A stretch of DNA of 64,000 bases, taken from the NCBI RefSeq assembly GCF_964213995.1, contig NC_135803.1:140306001-140370000 (forward strand), in the 5' to 3' direction. Both the position numbers and the translations under genes were made by a program. Origin of the DNA: Mustelus asterias (lineage: Eukaryota). Positions 22,356 through 36,715 of this stretch are shown in pieces (position 1 is the stretch's first letter; the number at the start of each line of letters is the position of its first letter). The notes under the pieces are model-generated. The model worked only from the letters and a program-made list of their open reading frames with translations, searched no databases and was not told where the DNA came from.

Positions 22356-25200
22356 GGCTGGAATTTTACCAACCTACTGGAGAAGGGCTGGGAGGTGGGA
22401 GAGTTGGTAACTGGCAGCAAAGGTCATTGGGAGAGAAGCCTGGCCTCTTAACATTGCTAATAGATATTACCAGAGGCAATTGGGCTGGCAGGAAGGTAAT
22501 TAGACCTATGAAACAAGCATTTAATTGTGGTTTTAGCAGGTTTTTCAAATATTTACAAAACCACAAAGGGTGAATGAGAATATTAGAGTTGACTGCAGTC
22601 AGCAACCATCATGAAAGGTAGTGTGTCTTGATAACGAGGGTGAAACTGAATGAACAATGGCAATAACAAGTTAGAGCAACTTACCTAACACAGCGGAGGC
22701 ATCCTGGTTCAGTGTCCTTACTGACTTGGCACTTGCACATACACAGCTGTATGATGAACGTAGGATGGAGTGCAGCTCTTTGCCATGGGTCTCATTCACT
22801 CAGCCTTCAGGACCTCCAGTGAGGAGAACCAGAAAAAGAAAGATATGAAACTACAGGCAGTGGGGCAGCAGCAACTAGAGGGGAACTGGGATCATAAGCC
22901 TGGAAAGGAGCAGGGAGGAATGGGGCACAAAGAGAGGAATAGGACTCAAGGGGCATGTAACCAGTCTCTTACAGATGGCAATACTCTCTGGAGAGAGTCT
23001 ACTGTTAAGAGGCTCAACTTCATGCAAATGTCAGAGCAGCAGTGTAGCTGAAAGCTGCACCTCTCTTGGGAGCTGTGTGCTATGATGGTGAAAGAGCTGA
23101 GCCCAATGAGAAATGGCAAGCATCCAAAGATGTGTGGGTTAGGTTGATTGGCCATGCTAAAATTGCCCCTTATTGTCCTGAGATGAGTAGGTTAGAGGGA
23201 TTAGCGGGTAAAATATGTAGGGATATGGGGGTAGGGCCTGGGTGGGATTGTGGTCGGTGCAGACTCGATGGGCCGAATGGCCTCTTTCTGCACTGTAGGG
23301 TTCTATGAATCACCCAATGCCTACTACTTTCAAAGTCACAGAGATACTGAATTTTTACACCTAACAACCATTAAAGGGATATTCTGGAAATATTTATGGG
23401 TTCTGCCAGTCTGAGGCTCATCAAAATGGTGACCTATGCCATGTTAAAGAGGCCAGAACATACACTTTTGCAATGATCGTATAGTCAGGTTGAAGGGGAT
23501 CATCGGATTTCGGGCCATCATTAGATTACCCCAGGTACAAGCTGTCATCGACTGCATGTGTGTGTCATCATGGACCAGGCACACAGCCTTCATCAACAGG
23601 AAGGAATTCCATTGGTTCAAAGTACAACTGGTCCACGATCACCAAAAATGGATCCTTGACATTTGTGTAAGATTCCCAAGAAATTCTCACAATGTCTGCA
23701 TAACAAGGCAATCCCAGGAGCTCACCTTAATGGTTGGATACTTGGTGATAAAAGCTACGCACGAGAGATGCTACTGAATGCCTGTGATGAAGCTGAGCAC
23801 AGGCAGAATGGATACAACAGCTGACACGGAACATAGGCATCAGAACTGCATCTTCATAAGCCCTAAGCAGATCTGGTGAAGTCCTTCAAGATAGTCCAGC
23901 AGCGGCCTCACGAATGAAGGAGATGTGCTCTTCTCTACACGACTTCACACTCCAGAGGGAACAACAAGGACATCTTGGAGTGCCTTCTCTGAGAATAGAG
24001 ATAGGGAGGGGGACGATGCAACAGGATGAGGACCCTGAACGACAGTAAGCAAAGTCAATAAGTTACACAAAAGGGAGTCTCTCAACTCGAGTACAAGTAT
24101 GTTTCACAAAGCCTTACTACGCACCCAGCCAGTCAAATAAACTCTTCACTTTCTGCAGCCCTGTTGCAATTTCCTAGGATTCACTATTTCCGTGGGCCCG
24201 TCATCACACAAGGCAACAGCAAGGGAAGTGCATTAACCTCATTCAGTATGGCCATCGTTGTCTTTGGAGGAACCAGCGAACTGTTAAGGACACAGTCGTA
24301 AAAAAAGTGAAAAAAGTAAAGCATTCTTTTAGTGGTGCACCACTTCAGAATTAATTTAAGGCACATATGTAACAAAGTAACATCTAACATCAAAATATAA
24401 ACCATGAAACCTCGGTGTAGCAAAGTGGATTTCTTCATATTGAGTGCTTCTAACTTGTCCTCCGCTTACTTTGTTAATTGAGATGGAGACAGACTTCTGA
24501 CATTTCTCCTTGGCTCTCGATGATCCTGGTTGCTTTCCTTTGGCGGCCTGAGGCTTGAAGGACCCCGGCATATTAGATGAACCTCCTCTGTGTGGGTTAT
24601 TGAGGCACTGCTGTCACCATCAGAGGGGCTGAGGAGTCACTGTCCATGCCAGAAGCGCCTTAAGAAGTACCCCAAGGTGCAAGGGCACACTCTACCCCAC
24701 CATTCCTTGTGCACATCTAAGTACCTAATGATGACTCCAGGCTTTCATTTTCCCTCTCATCCAACCATTGCTCCAGAGCTCATGAACAAAACTGCCCTCT
24801 GTACCCTTACAGCCTGGATCAGTATCTCCAGGGAGGCATCATTGAACCTTGAAGCGACCCTTGATCTTCTGACAACAATTGGTGCAGTCGCCAGTGTTCT
24901 CTGACTGCTGTCTCCAGGGCTGCTGCATCAAAACATTCTGCTGGCTGCTTTTTAAAAATTGTATCAGCTATTCAGGAGTCCATACTGAGCACCTCATCCA
25001 GAGTCGGATTTACAGTACGTGGGGCCCTGTAGTCACCATTTCTGAGTCTCCCCACCCAAAACCCTTCCGCCCACATCCCCCAGAATGCGATGGCAGAAGC
25101 CACAAAAGTACACTTGTAGATCACTGCTTCTTCACTTGTGAAAACATGCCTTTATGAATAATTGCTTTGCTGAAATCAAAGCTGACCTCTTTATGAAGCT
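22356..25200. mobile_element. Decayed PIF/Harbinger DNA transposon (transposase on +; possible second ORF on -)
   Basis: ORF 23490-23777 LPQVQAVIDC...FINRKEFHWFKVQLVHDH...RFPRNSH resembles the Harbinger DDE transposase, followed by a frameshifted G-LGDKSY; TIR-like GGCTGGAATTTT at 22356; right boundary uncertain. Confidence 0.65.
23122..23308 (+). mobile_element. HE1-like SINE 3' half inserted in the Harbinger element
   Basis: TCCAAAGATGTG...GGGCCGAATGGCC...CTGTAGGGTTCTATGA. Confidence 0.85.
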
Positions 25201-26655
25201 GTGATTCTGATCACAGATTTCCTAGAACACTCACTCTAGCCTTGCCCATACCTCTCTCTCTCACAGACAATTTTCCTCCACCAACCCCCTCACGTGCCCC
25301 CCTCCCTTACCCTCTCCCCACCCAAACCCCTCACATGCTCCTATTCTGACTTTGCTCACCTCTGGATCCTCCGCCTACTCCGATGCCTCACCACTGGGAT
25401 CCTCCATCCACTTTGCTGCCTCACCTCTGTCTGCTGTCTCGCATGTGGTTTGCTGCCTCACCTGGTGCCTCCTGCTGCTGGACTGAGGTCTGCTACCTCA
25501 CACATACCTGGTGAGGGAGAAGTGGACGCGGTGAGTGGCAGATGTGGGTAAAGCAAGGAGAGTGAGGTCCTGAGGTGAGGGAGAGGCCGCTGCAACGAAC
25601 AGCTCAGGGCTTGCTCTGTCTGATACCTGCCTCACCCATGCCCACCTGGTGCTCACCAATGGCATCTCTCCCTCGCCTCAGGTCCTTGCTCTCCTGCTGC
25701 CTGTCTTACACCCCTGCCTGATGCTTGCTGCAGTCACCTCTCCCTCACCTTAATTCTCAGTGCTTTTCCCCTGCTTGCAACTGGGGTCCAAGTCCAACTC
25801 AAACATTTAAATATTTTCCCTTCTTGGTATCTTCCCTTCCACTCTTTGTTTCTTGTCCAATCACAGCCTGGTTTTGCTCTATCAGTAGCAAATGCAGGGA
25901 GCCTGTGATTGGATGAGCAGCTTCACTGCTTTTTTCAAACATCAGCCAGACCAGCTGAGTGTTCCACAATGGGCTCTGTCCAAGGCCAGTCTTCCGTCAA
26001 TAATAACCCTTTATTTATAGTGTGTTTGAAATTCCGTTCAGCAGCTACAGAGTGAAGGTCAGTCCCGAGTCTTTCGACTGCCAGCCTGAGTGCAGCCAGC
26101 TGGTTTTAAACCCCCCACTGCTCCTTCCCTTTTGAGCGAACTTTCACTCGTCTAATAGGGAAGCTCGTTGGCCATGGGGGATCATTGATGATCCCCCATG
26201 GCCAACATAACAACCCCCCCTGTTATTCAGGGCCCTGTGTATTTGATTGTAAATTTGCCTCTGACCTCACCTGCTCAACCATGACACCCGCTTTCAGTCC
26301 CAGTGACAGGACTTGTTTCCATAAAATTCTGGCCCATATTATTATAATATCTGCTATCAGGTCTGGTTTGGAAAACACCCCTTTCGTGCTTTTTCTCTAT
26401 CTGGTGGTGCCACAACATTATAACAAGATGCAAGTCTGTTCTGCTTACAATGATATTAGCAAATTTGTACAACTACTAGGAGCCACAAGGTTTACAGAGC
26501 CAGACAAGTTCAATAGGCAGGATGAATCACTTATGGATAGGTTTTGGACAGGAACCACACTGTGTATTTAAAAACTAAACACTGATTATGTATTTACTAT
26601 AAACATTTAGTAGTCAGTATATTTAGAGCAACAATTTTCCACAACAATGTCACAT

Positions 26656-27004
26656 AATAGAAATAATAGAAACCCTACAGTGCAGAAGGAGGCCATTCGG
26701 CCCATCGAGTCTGCACCGACCACAATCCCACCCAGGCCCTACCCCCATATCCCTACATATTTACCCGCTAATCCCTCTAACCTACGTATTTCAGGACTCT
26801 CAGGGGCAATTTTTAGCATAGCCAATCAACCTAACCCGCACATCTTTGGACTGTGGGAGGAAACCGGAGCACCCGGAGGAAACCCACGCAGACACGAGGA
26901 CAATGTGCAAACTCCACACAGACAGTGACCCAAGCCAGGAATCGAACCCAGGTCCCTGGAGCTGTGAAGCAGCAGTGCTAACCACTGTGCTACCGTGCCG
27001 CCCC
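26656..27004 (-). mobile_element. HE1/V-SINE-like SINE, young full-length copy
   Basis: Near-identical to the 11192 and 17326 copies. Confidence 0.92.
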
Positions 27005-29282
27005 GGTACGGTACATGAAATGGATTTCAAAATGGATTTCAAAAATTTATTTATCAAGTAACACTTTTTCTTTGAAATGCTTTTACAATTTGTCAATCTT
27101 GTTTTACAGAGCTCCTCCTCGGGTCCTCTGTCATCTCCCATATTGAGCATAAAATTTCAGGGGTCTCAGTACTCTCTGACTCCCACTCGAGACTTTAGCA
27201 CAAAAATCTAGGCTGACACACCATTGCAACTCTGAGGGAGTGCTGCCCTATTGGGGTGCCATCTTTCTGTGTTAAAGTTAGTGTATTAGTTAAAGAAACA
27301 AAGGGCCCAATTTTAACTTTATATAAGTGAATGGGTGTTGGTTTAGTTAAAATAAGACCCAGAAAACTGCCTCGTTGTTGCTAATTTCATTGTTAATACA
27401 AGAGGGAGCTGCATTTTAGGATTTGAGTTTCCATTGCTCAACCTCTTACACTATATTGTCTGGAGAACCAAAACCATATCTCTTGGATAAGCTTTGCAAA
27501 AGTCAAGCTTGCTCTGATTGCAAAACAGGGAAAGCAGCAATTCACTAAGTTGAACAATGTGATATTTATTCAGTTAGCCAACTAACTGTACCTCCTAGAC
27601 AGAGTGGTTTGCCAGTAGGATCAGTATGAGTTTAAAGTTTACTCTCCTTGGAATTTCTATGATGAATTAATGTGCATTAAAAAAATCTCAAAACAAATAA
27701 ACTTGTTTGATTGCAGAAGTTAACTGTGATTAATTGAGAGTTTAATGGTATTGTTATTGAGGTGGAGAAGAGATCAGGATTGTACAGCGCTTTTCATTGA
27801 CATTGCACAAGTCACCTCCTGAGTTCACTGAGACCTTGAGTTTTCCATATCTGGGGATTAAGGTTATTTCAAGACAAACAGGGATCTTGCCAAGTTGTCT
27901 ATGAACATCATGGATCTGGACAGAGTGGTGGCAAGATGATCTTGGTGCCAATTGATTTTCGGCCTTTCAAAGTCAAGAGAGGATGGAATATTGGGAAACA
28001 GAGGAAGTGCACCTGGCCAACCATGCTCAAGGAATCTGAGAAAGATGGAAAGTTCACACCTCATCTCACAACCCAAAACTAAAAAGGCAGCATCTTGAGA
28101 GAGCATATTCAATCACACAGGGGGACACAGGTGGTTGGGAAATATGGAGGTCTGATGCCAATTTACCAAGCTCTGGGGACAAGGGACCTCTGAACACAAT
28201 AGGTGTGAGGCATTTATCAGTTATGAACACAATCTAATACTGCTTATTGGTTATGGTCAATAGTTCATCGGACATTTAACTACTTTTTCTTTCATTGCCT
28301 TTTTAAAAGATAGATTGGGGGAAAGGCATTGACTCAGTTGCTCTACAAAGAGCTGGTGTAGACGTGATGAACTGAATTGTCTCCTGTGCCATTATGATTC
28401 TGACTCCATGAATGTACTTTGCTTTAAAATATAAACTTAAATCTAACTCTTTCTCAATTTCTTTCTGTGGAAAAAGAGACAAAAAATCTACAAATGTGGC
28501 AAAAGACATTAAAAGAGATATTTCAATTGTTCTCATTTCAGCATTTGAAGCAGAACAATAAGATTTTGATATCATGCAGCAGATACGTTTTTGTTATGTG
28601 AAGCAGTCCTCAAGACTATCATTGACTCAGTGGGTCTTCAAATATTTGGGTCCTAATGATCACTGACCAGGAAGTTCAGTGACACTCAGAAGAATTCTCA
28701 GTTATTGCTATTCTGCTAAGTTTCACGATTCGTGGATAATGTTAGCACATTTCTTTCTAACTTCAAAATCAGAATTAATTTACTCTTCAGTTTTTTGTTT
28801 GTCTGGGTCACCAACAGAACTGTTACCCACTGAAAATTAACTTCCTTAAAATAGCTAAACACATGAAAAAAAATGAACTGCTTAAATTCATTTTTTTAAA
28901 AATTACTTCCTCATAACCACTGCCAACCATATATGGCTGCTCACTACAGTGCATTCACAATTTGATTATTGGGTTTCACAATTAATATACCTTTCCATCT
29001 TGCTGCTAATTAAAATTTGTTTTTTGTTTATGCATCTGTGTATGAGGAAGGTTCTATATAAAGCAAAAATTCTTATTTTGTGTGATTTTTTTTAAAAAGT
29101 TGCTTTATAAAGAAATAATGGGAGAATTAAGCAAGTTAGTGCCAGTGTTGCCTGACTTGATATGCTATCACCAATGATTTGTGTTCCATCAAGGTTCATC
29201 GCCATTCAGTCACTTTTACAAGTTAATGTTTCTCAATTGGAAGCCTCTTTAAATGCAGCAGAAAAAGAAAATAAAGCCATAT

Positions 29283-29845
29283 TAGAAACATAGAAAAACT
29301 ACAGCACAAACAGGCCCTTCGGCCCACAAGTTGTGCCGAACACATCCCTACCTTCTAGACCTACCTATAACCCTCCATCCTATTCAGCTCCATGTACTCA
29401 TCCAGGAGTCTCTTAAAAGACCCTATTGAGTTCGCCCCCACCACCCCTGACGGCAGCCGATTCCACTCGCCCACCACCCTCTGTGTGAAAAACTTACCCC
29501 TAACATCTCCCCTGTACCTACCCCCCAGCACCTTAAACCTGTGTCCTCTCGTAGCAGACATTTCCACCCTGGAAAAAAGCCTCTGAGAGTCCACCCGATC
29601 TATGCCTCTCAACATCTTATACACCTCTATTAGGTCTCCTCTCATCCTTCATCTCTCCAAGGAGAAAAGACCGAGCTCCCTCAGCCTATCCTCATAAGGC
29701 ATGCCACTCAATCCAGGCAACATCCTTGTAAATCTCCTCTGCACCCTTTCAATCTTTTCCACATCTTTCCTATAGTGAGGCGACCAGAACTGGGCACAGT
29801 ATTCCAATTGGGGTCTGACGAGGGTCTTATATAGCTGCATCATTA
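29283..29845 (-). mobile_element. Young 5'-truncated CR1 LINE (HER1-like)
   Basis: ORFs 29649-29843 and 29361-29645 are in frame with one stop: LYKTLVRPQLEYCAQFWSP...RGDLIEVYK...FFTQRVV; tail GGGCCGAAGGGCCTG...TTTCTATGTTTCT resembles the SINE tail. Confidence 0.9.
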
Positions 29846-29889
29846 AAATTGCATGTTAAAATGTGTAAACTTTTTTTCTTTTGTTATCT

Positions 29890-30190
29890 TCCTTCTTCAC
29901 CTTCTTAGGCAATCCCTCGGGATCGAGGATGACTTGCTTCCAAGCCAGTTTGATGGGTTCGGAAATGGCCGATAGGTCCAATGTCCACCTGCAGACTCTG
30001 TCACTTGTGGAGCAGATGGTGCTTAAAAGGTTGGGTAGATGGCTTTGGCAGTTTGTGTGCTCCCTCTGACATCTCAACTTTGCTTCTACACATTTCTGAC
30101 AAAGTCTTTTGATGTGTTTGGTGCCTACCCGAATGAGCCTTCTCCATTTAAATAGGTCACAAGCCAGGGTTTCCCACAAGTCAGCGGCTG
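29890..30190 (-). mobile_element. RTE-clade LINE 3' end
   Basis: WETLACDLFKWRRLI...CSTSDRVCR and an ILDPEGLP-(AAG)n-type tail. Confidence 0.6.
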
Positions 30191-33100
30191 TTACATGTTG
30201 AAATATATTAACACATCACTTCCACAAATCCTCATCAAAAACTAAAAGGGTTTGTGGTGCTTCACTATCCTCAAACAAAAAGACAATTTACTCGAGGGTT
30301 GTTTGTTATGGAGGACATGTGTTTTTTAAGGGAAGAGTACATTATGTAAACCGGTTCTCCTTTTTCACTTGTTGCAACCTAGTCGAACCTCCCTGGAGAT
30401 CTCTTTGTTAACTTAAGTCAACCTGAAGCAAACTCAAAACAAAAACAACAGAGAATGGGAATGAGAAGTCAGAGTTTATTTGTTGTTTTAGTGTAAGATA
30501 AATGTTTTGTCTGATTATGTTCCTGTGAAGGGCCCAGGGATGTCTTACTCTAATTAAACAATCACTTTGGAGGACATGGTCACTAAACTCATGATCTTAA
30601 ATATTAGTAAAGTCAGAACACAGGCATATGAATCTGGAATAAAGTATCATTTGCTTTGAAGCAATAATAAACACCAAAAAACAACAAATCTAATGGTGGT
30701 TTAGTAGGTCAGAAGCCAGGGTTTATCACGAGTCAGTGACTATGACATGTTAAAATATATTAACACATCACAGAAGAATGAGTGTGTTTTGATAAGAATT
30801 TCAGAAAACTATGACTAAGACTGCTGGTGATCTGCTGTGAATTTACCCTGGGTTTTAAAAATTGATTCTGTGATTTCCAATTTTGGTTTATTAAAATCTA
30901 TCCTGTAAAATCTAGCATAAAAATTACAGCTTCAATATGTTTCATAATGCTCTAAATCCAAAGAGTTATATAACATCATACAGGATGTATTACATGACTG
31001 TGATCAGGAACTCTGGCCAATTCTTTCATTCCTACTCAGGGCAATTGTAGCACCATCATTGTAAGTGAGATTAGCTAGCTCAGCACAGCTTGGGATCTAA
31101 CAATCATGTCCTTTAAACAGGTACATATTGAGAATGTCAGAAGTGTAAAATTTGTTGTTTCATAGCATGATAAACATCAGTTGGAGAAAATTTGATTGCT
31201 TACTATTAATACTTGCAGAGAACTGTTTTGGAATCGTGAAGTAGCATTTATCAGAATGGTGTAGTGGGAACAAAAAAATTGTGATTATTTTGAGCATTGC
31301 GTAATCTTATTCACAGCATGATTTGAAAACAATTTTATATGGGGAACATTATCCCTTTGTATCTCTCCTTGCTTTTATTTTAATACTAAATTGTTTGTTT
31401 CGAGGTGAAAAATTATGAAATTGTCTCATCATACCACTATCCAGTATTTGTACTGTATCCAGAATTAAAGTTTATTTACCTTTCCAATTTTATCTTTAAT
31501 TCTTCCTACAAATTGCTGGATCCGCTTATACTTATTCTGTGGCAGTCTGCATGTTTGCTTTCCCAAGTGATCTCTTTCTCTTCCCCTCACGTGAGGAGAT
31601 TTCACTAAAACAAACAGTACGTCAATAATTTGGACCAATTAATTTAGAAAATAATGAGGCAAATTTTAAATCCCAAAAATGGGTGGTTTTGGGTTGGATG
31701 TGATGTAAACATTTTAAAACTCTCAAATCCAAACCCACTCACCCATCTGTTAAAACTAGAAGCTGGTGGGACAGGGAGCAGGCAACGAACCTGCTTCCAG
31801 GAGGCAAGTTGCTCATTCAGGTCCTTGATAGTGTGACCGAATCTCTGTAACCTCTATAGATTGTATGAGGATAAATCTTCCCAGGTTTTCACCACAGAAA
31901 CTTGGGACCAGAAGTAGGGCATTCAGACCCTTCAATGTCATTCAATGGCTGTCCTGTATCTCACCTCAATTTTTTTGCCTTTGCTCCACATCCCTTGATA
32001 CTCTTCCCTACCAAAAACCTACTCAGTCTTGAAAATTTCAATCACCCAGCATTTTGGGGAAGATAATTCCAGATTTCTACTGTTATTACTGTGTAAAAGT
32101 ACTATCTGATTTCATTGCTAACTGGCTTAGTGTTAATATTAAGATTATGTCCCCCACATCCTATGAACAAATAAAAAATGAATGCCATACTCCAGATGAT
32201 ATGTGAACAAAGCTTTATGCAACTGAAGTATCACTTCTGCACTTTTATATTTCAACCCCCTTGAAATGAAGGGCACCATTCCATTAGCCTTTTTAAATTC
32301 CTTTGCATCTGTGTAGCCACAATTTTGTGATCTGTGCATGTAGACACCCAAATCCCTTCACAGCTCCAATGCATCACCTTTAAGAAAATATTCTAATTGC
32401 TAGTTTTGTTGGATACAAAATGAATTAACTCACACTTCTCTACATTGAACTGCATCATTTGCCCACTCACTTTCGTCTGTTGTAATTTTGTGGTTCAATC
32501 TACACAAACAAGTGTGTCTCTTAATTTTGTGCAATCTGCAAACTTTGATATATACAGTAACTCTATTATGAATATAGAATATAAAAGCTGAGGCCAGTCT
32601 AGTTTCTTGGGGGTGGGAGGGGGGGTGGGGGTTCACATCCCACCAATCAGAGAAAGTTCTCTTTATTTCTACATTTTGCCTCTTGCCTCTAAACCAATTA
32701 CCAACCCAGGCCACAAGGTTACCTCCAATTCTATATAACTTCCCCAAAACTGATGTTAAAAAGAGAAGTTGGTAATTATCTGGTTCCTCTCACATTCTCA
32801 ATCAATAGAGTGACCTTTATAATTTTCCAACCCAAAATGACAAGGTAGAATTTCTGAATCTGGAAAACTGAAAAATTCTGACTGATGCAATTGTAAATTT
32901 CTCACTTGTTTCTTTTATGTAGTAGAATGGAACCCAGAAGTGTACTGGAGATTTGTCTCGCTTGGGCCACATTATATTTCTCCATTGACTTTTTAAAATT
33001 TATATTAAATCCACTCAGTTGTTATCCTTAAAATATTTAGTTTCAATTGTAAGAGTAGTACAATGTCTTCTCCCGCCACTGTGAAATTAACTCCAATTGT

Positions 33101-34119
33101 AATTAGGCTTTCCTATTTACCCGTAGGTAAGCTGGGAGGTAAAGTTTAAAGTCCAAATAAATGTTCAGTGAAATATTCTGCTATTGATTCAGTGTATAAT
33201 TCACAATGTAGATTCAAGTGTATTTTTGTGATTTCAGAGTGACTGGAACAAGCCGTCTAAATGTAAAAATGAATATAATAGAACAAAGTTCCGCAAAGAC
33301 AAAATGTTCTAATGAAATTTCCCTTTCAGTTCTTGTTGCCTTCTACTAATTTTTATTTTCATGTTTTTCCTTTTGCTTTATGATCGGTTTTTGTTATGTG
33401 CACATTTTTGCATTTTGTTCTTTGGCACTCCCATTTGGAAAGATTGCCAAGAAAGTGATCAATATCAGCATTACTGCACGTTTTTTCTTGGAAAAATAAA
33501 CTTCTGGCAACATTCACCTTCCTCCTTCATATTTCTGCATTGTTTGCTATTTTGCTGACTGCAAGAGATGCACACTGAGCCTACCTATAAACATGCACAA
33601 TCCTTTAAGTTCTGAATGTTAAAAGTTTTGTCATAGATTTCCCATTGTGGTGTATATATAACCCCAACCAAATAGAAATGCATATAACTGACTAGTGAAT
33701 TATGTGGTAGGTAGCATTTTCGAATTGCTAATATAGTTAATATTTTACAAATTATGAAGCCTGAAATTTAAACTCAAAGTCACTCTTTGCATTACTTCAG
33801 CCTTTAGCTTTAATTTACTGACAGGCTGGATAATTTGCCACTGACAATCTATAAAGTTTTCTCATGAAAGTTCAATTACAAATTATTTAAAATAACAAAT
33901 TAAAGTGAAATGTTTAATGTACTCAAATCAGTGTGGCTTACAGCACTTAAGGATATAAATATATCGAATGACAACTCTAACACAAATGCCTGCAGATCAG
34001 ATTTGATGGCATTGATTTTAAATATTCTACTGAAACAGTGTGAAAATGCCTTTTCAGAACCGTGAGCAAATTGCTTACAATGCAAAGAAGTGTTATGCAG
34101 GGTATATCACTATATCAGA

Positions 34120-34390
34120 ATAGTGGTTAGCACTGCTACCTCACAGCGCCAGGGACCCGGGTTCAATTCCCAGCTTGGGTCACTGTCTGTGCAGAGTCTG
34201 CACATTCTCCCCATGTCTGCGTAAGTTTCCTCCCACAGTCCAAAAGATGTGCTGGTTAGCATTGACCATGCTAAATTCTCCCTCCGTGTACCCAAACAGG
34301 CACCGGAATGTGGCGACTAGGGGATTTTCACAGTAACTTCATTGCAGTGTTAATGTAAGCCTACTTGTGACACTATAATAAATAAACTTT
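34120..34390 (+). mobile_element. tRNA-derived SINE, alternative-tail subfamily
   Basis: HE1-like head followed by CAGTAACTTCATTGCAGTGTTAATGTAAGCCTACTTGTGACAC...AATAAATAAAC. Confidence 0.75.
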
Positions 34391-36715
34391 AAAAGAACTG
34401 TAAGGTCAAAACCTGCCTAAATTTCTCTCCTCAGGCTTTATTATTAATGGAGCCGATGTCACACTGCAGCCCCCTGGTGAAGAATTCTGCAAAATCAGGG
34501 TGTTGCAATCCCTCTGGGATCAGGGCAGGCCAAGTCAGAGCATTAGTATTTGGCCTGGGATCGAGTTTATGGGCCTAACCCAGAGGTCTTGGATCGTGGG
34601 TCAGGAGAAAAGGTGAGAGGAACCAGTGGGGTGGGGAGTCAATGTAGGGTCAGGAGAGGAAGCGAGGCAGTGGGGGGTGGATGGTAGTGGTTATCTGCAG
34701 GGTTGGTTAATTGTGGGGGTCGAGGGAATACATTCAGGTAAGTTACCTTTTTTTGCAGGCAATCCCTTGATTCGTTTCTGAGTGCGACAATATCTAATTT
34801 TGGAGAAGGGGTTCAAACAGGTATTCAGCCACTTATTTCCATATAGTAAAGGTGAAGTCACATAGTCCCAGATGACCATAGGCTGTTCTCCCCTTTGAGG
34901 GGAAGCGTTGACTGGTTGTGATTTAACCTGAGGAGTGCCACACATCAGGCAAGGGGCAAGATTGAGAAGGTAGAGCCTTCATGAATAACCTCAGCCGAGA
35001 ATCAAACCTTCACTGTTGGCGTCTCTGCTTCACAAACCAGCTGGCCAGCCAACTGAGCTAAACATATACAAAGAGACTAATGGCAGCTTCAGGCCTGTGT
35101 AAAGTATACCTTTTGCTGTTCCTTAAACAATATTCTGAGTTGCGTACTTATATCTGACAATTTACACATACTTCATGCTACCATAGTATGAAAAGCGTCT
35201 GAAAAATAATCACTGCATGGACCAATTTCTAGGCCCAAGATTATTTAGAAAGACTAAAGACTGACTTTGTGCAAAGGACAACCGAAACCATTTCAATTGT
35301 AAAAGTATTTCTGTGATTAAAGTAGTCATAACAGAAATAGATTTTTGATGTGGGCATGTTACTTCCTAAAGCACTTCAACTTGAGTTTAAAAAATAATAA
35401 TTTTAACTGCTGTTGTGCTTTCATTCACAAAATATAAAGGATACAAAAGAGCTGTATTGGATCAACTGTCTGTTAAACACAGCACCTCTTGTGAGTTCCA
35501 TTGCAGTCGATGTAATTAACTATCAGATGCTGTGTAGAACAGGCAGCAATTCCAATGCAACAACCAACCGAGACAAATTTCTATGCCATAAAGGGCCCAA
35601 AGAGATAGGAAGGTGCTCATTATCATGAGTAATGTGTTATTTTGTTGATTTCATTTATTTAATTACAAATGGTTAGAAAAATGTGCTGGGTTAGAAACAA
35701 ACATTGAAAGAAACGTAAATCCAGTGGTTTGCTCTGTCTAGAGCATGGGAGAAGGAAGAATCAAGAATTTGTGCATTCCCCTTGGAACACCGTTGGCATG
35801 GTTGACAGAATGACTCTGAGTCTGGTGGTGGACAGCAGCCTAGAACTCAATAATGAAGATATGGGGATAAATAATAATTTTGGAAATCTGAATGATTACC
35901 TCTGGTGATCAGGGAGCATTTATGCAGAAACGTTTTGAAGGTGGGGTGGATGGTAGATCTGGTGAAGGAATGGATTGGATGGGCCCAAAGATCTTCTTTC
36001 ATTTCATGCTCTCTAGTGTTTTCTAACGTCAACTAAATTAATATTTATTGTGTTTCTGTAATGTTGATCGAATAGGATTAGAAACCAAATTACCAGTTTG
36101 AAATTAACAATAACTTTTTCTTGCTGAAAACTTTATAGGACTAAAGATTTAACTATTTTATCCAAGTGAGCTCATTAACACAGTGCGCTAATATTTGATC
36201 ATCACCATTTGATCAACTATGCGCGATGACAATTTTTTTAACAGCTATCTGTGAGACAACAGCTTGACTAAGACTGTATGTTTCCACACATCCTTAATGA
36301 AGAAATTTAATTAAACTCTTCATTAGGAACTTTTGATGCAATAGAAATTTCCCATGGGATGTGATTTGTGTTATTGGATTTGTTCATGTCCTATTTTGGG
36401 AATTAGGTCAAGGTTCTAGTCATGCTTGATCCCACAGCAACTGCATTTTGGTGTTCTAATTTGCTTAGTGGCTTTATTACAGACATCTCTCTGGGCAGAA
36501 TGAGGGTTCAGGTTCAGCCCAAGCTAGCTCTCCTTTACCTCAGCTATCAAATTAGCAAGAATAGATAATAATGTGGATGTTTCCACCAAGGTACAGGAAG
36601 CCAAGCTTGCAGATTGAACAGATAAATGGTAAATTAAACCTAATATTGTGAGTGTGAGCTGGTACATTTTGGTAGAAGGCAGTGTTGAAGTGGAAATTTT
36701 CCTGCTTCTTGACTG

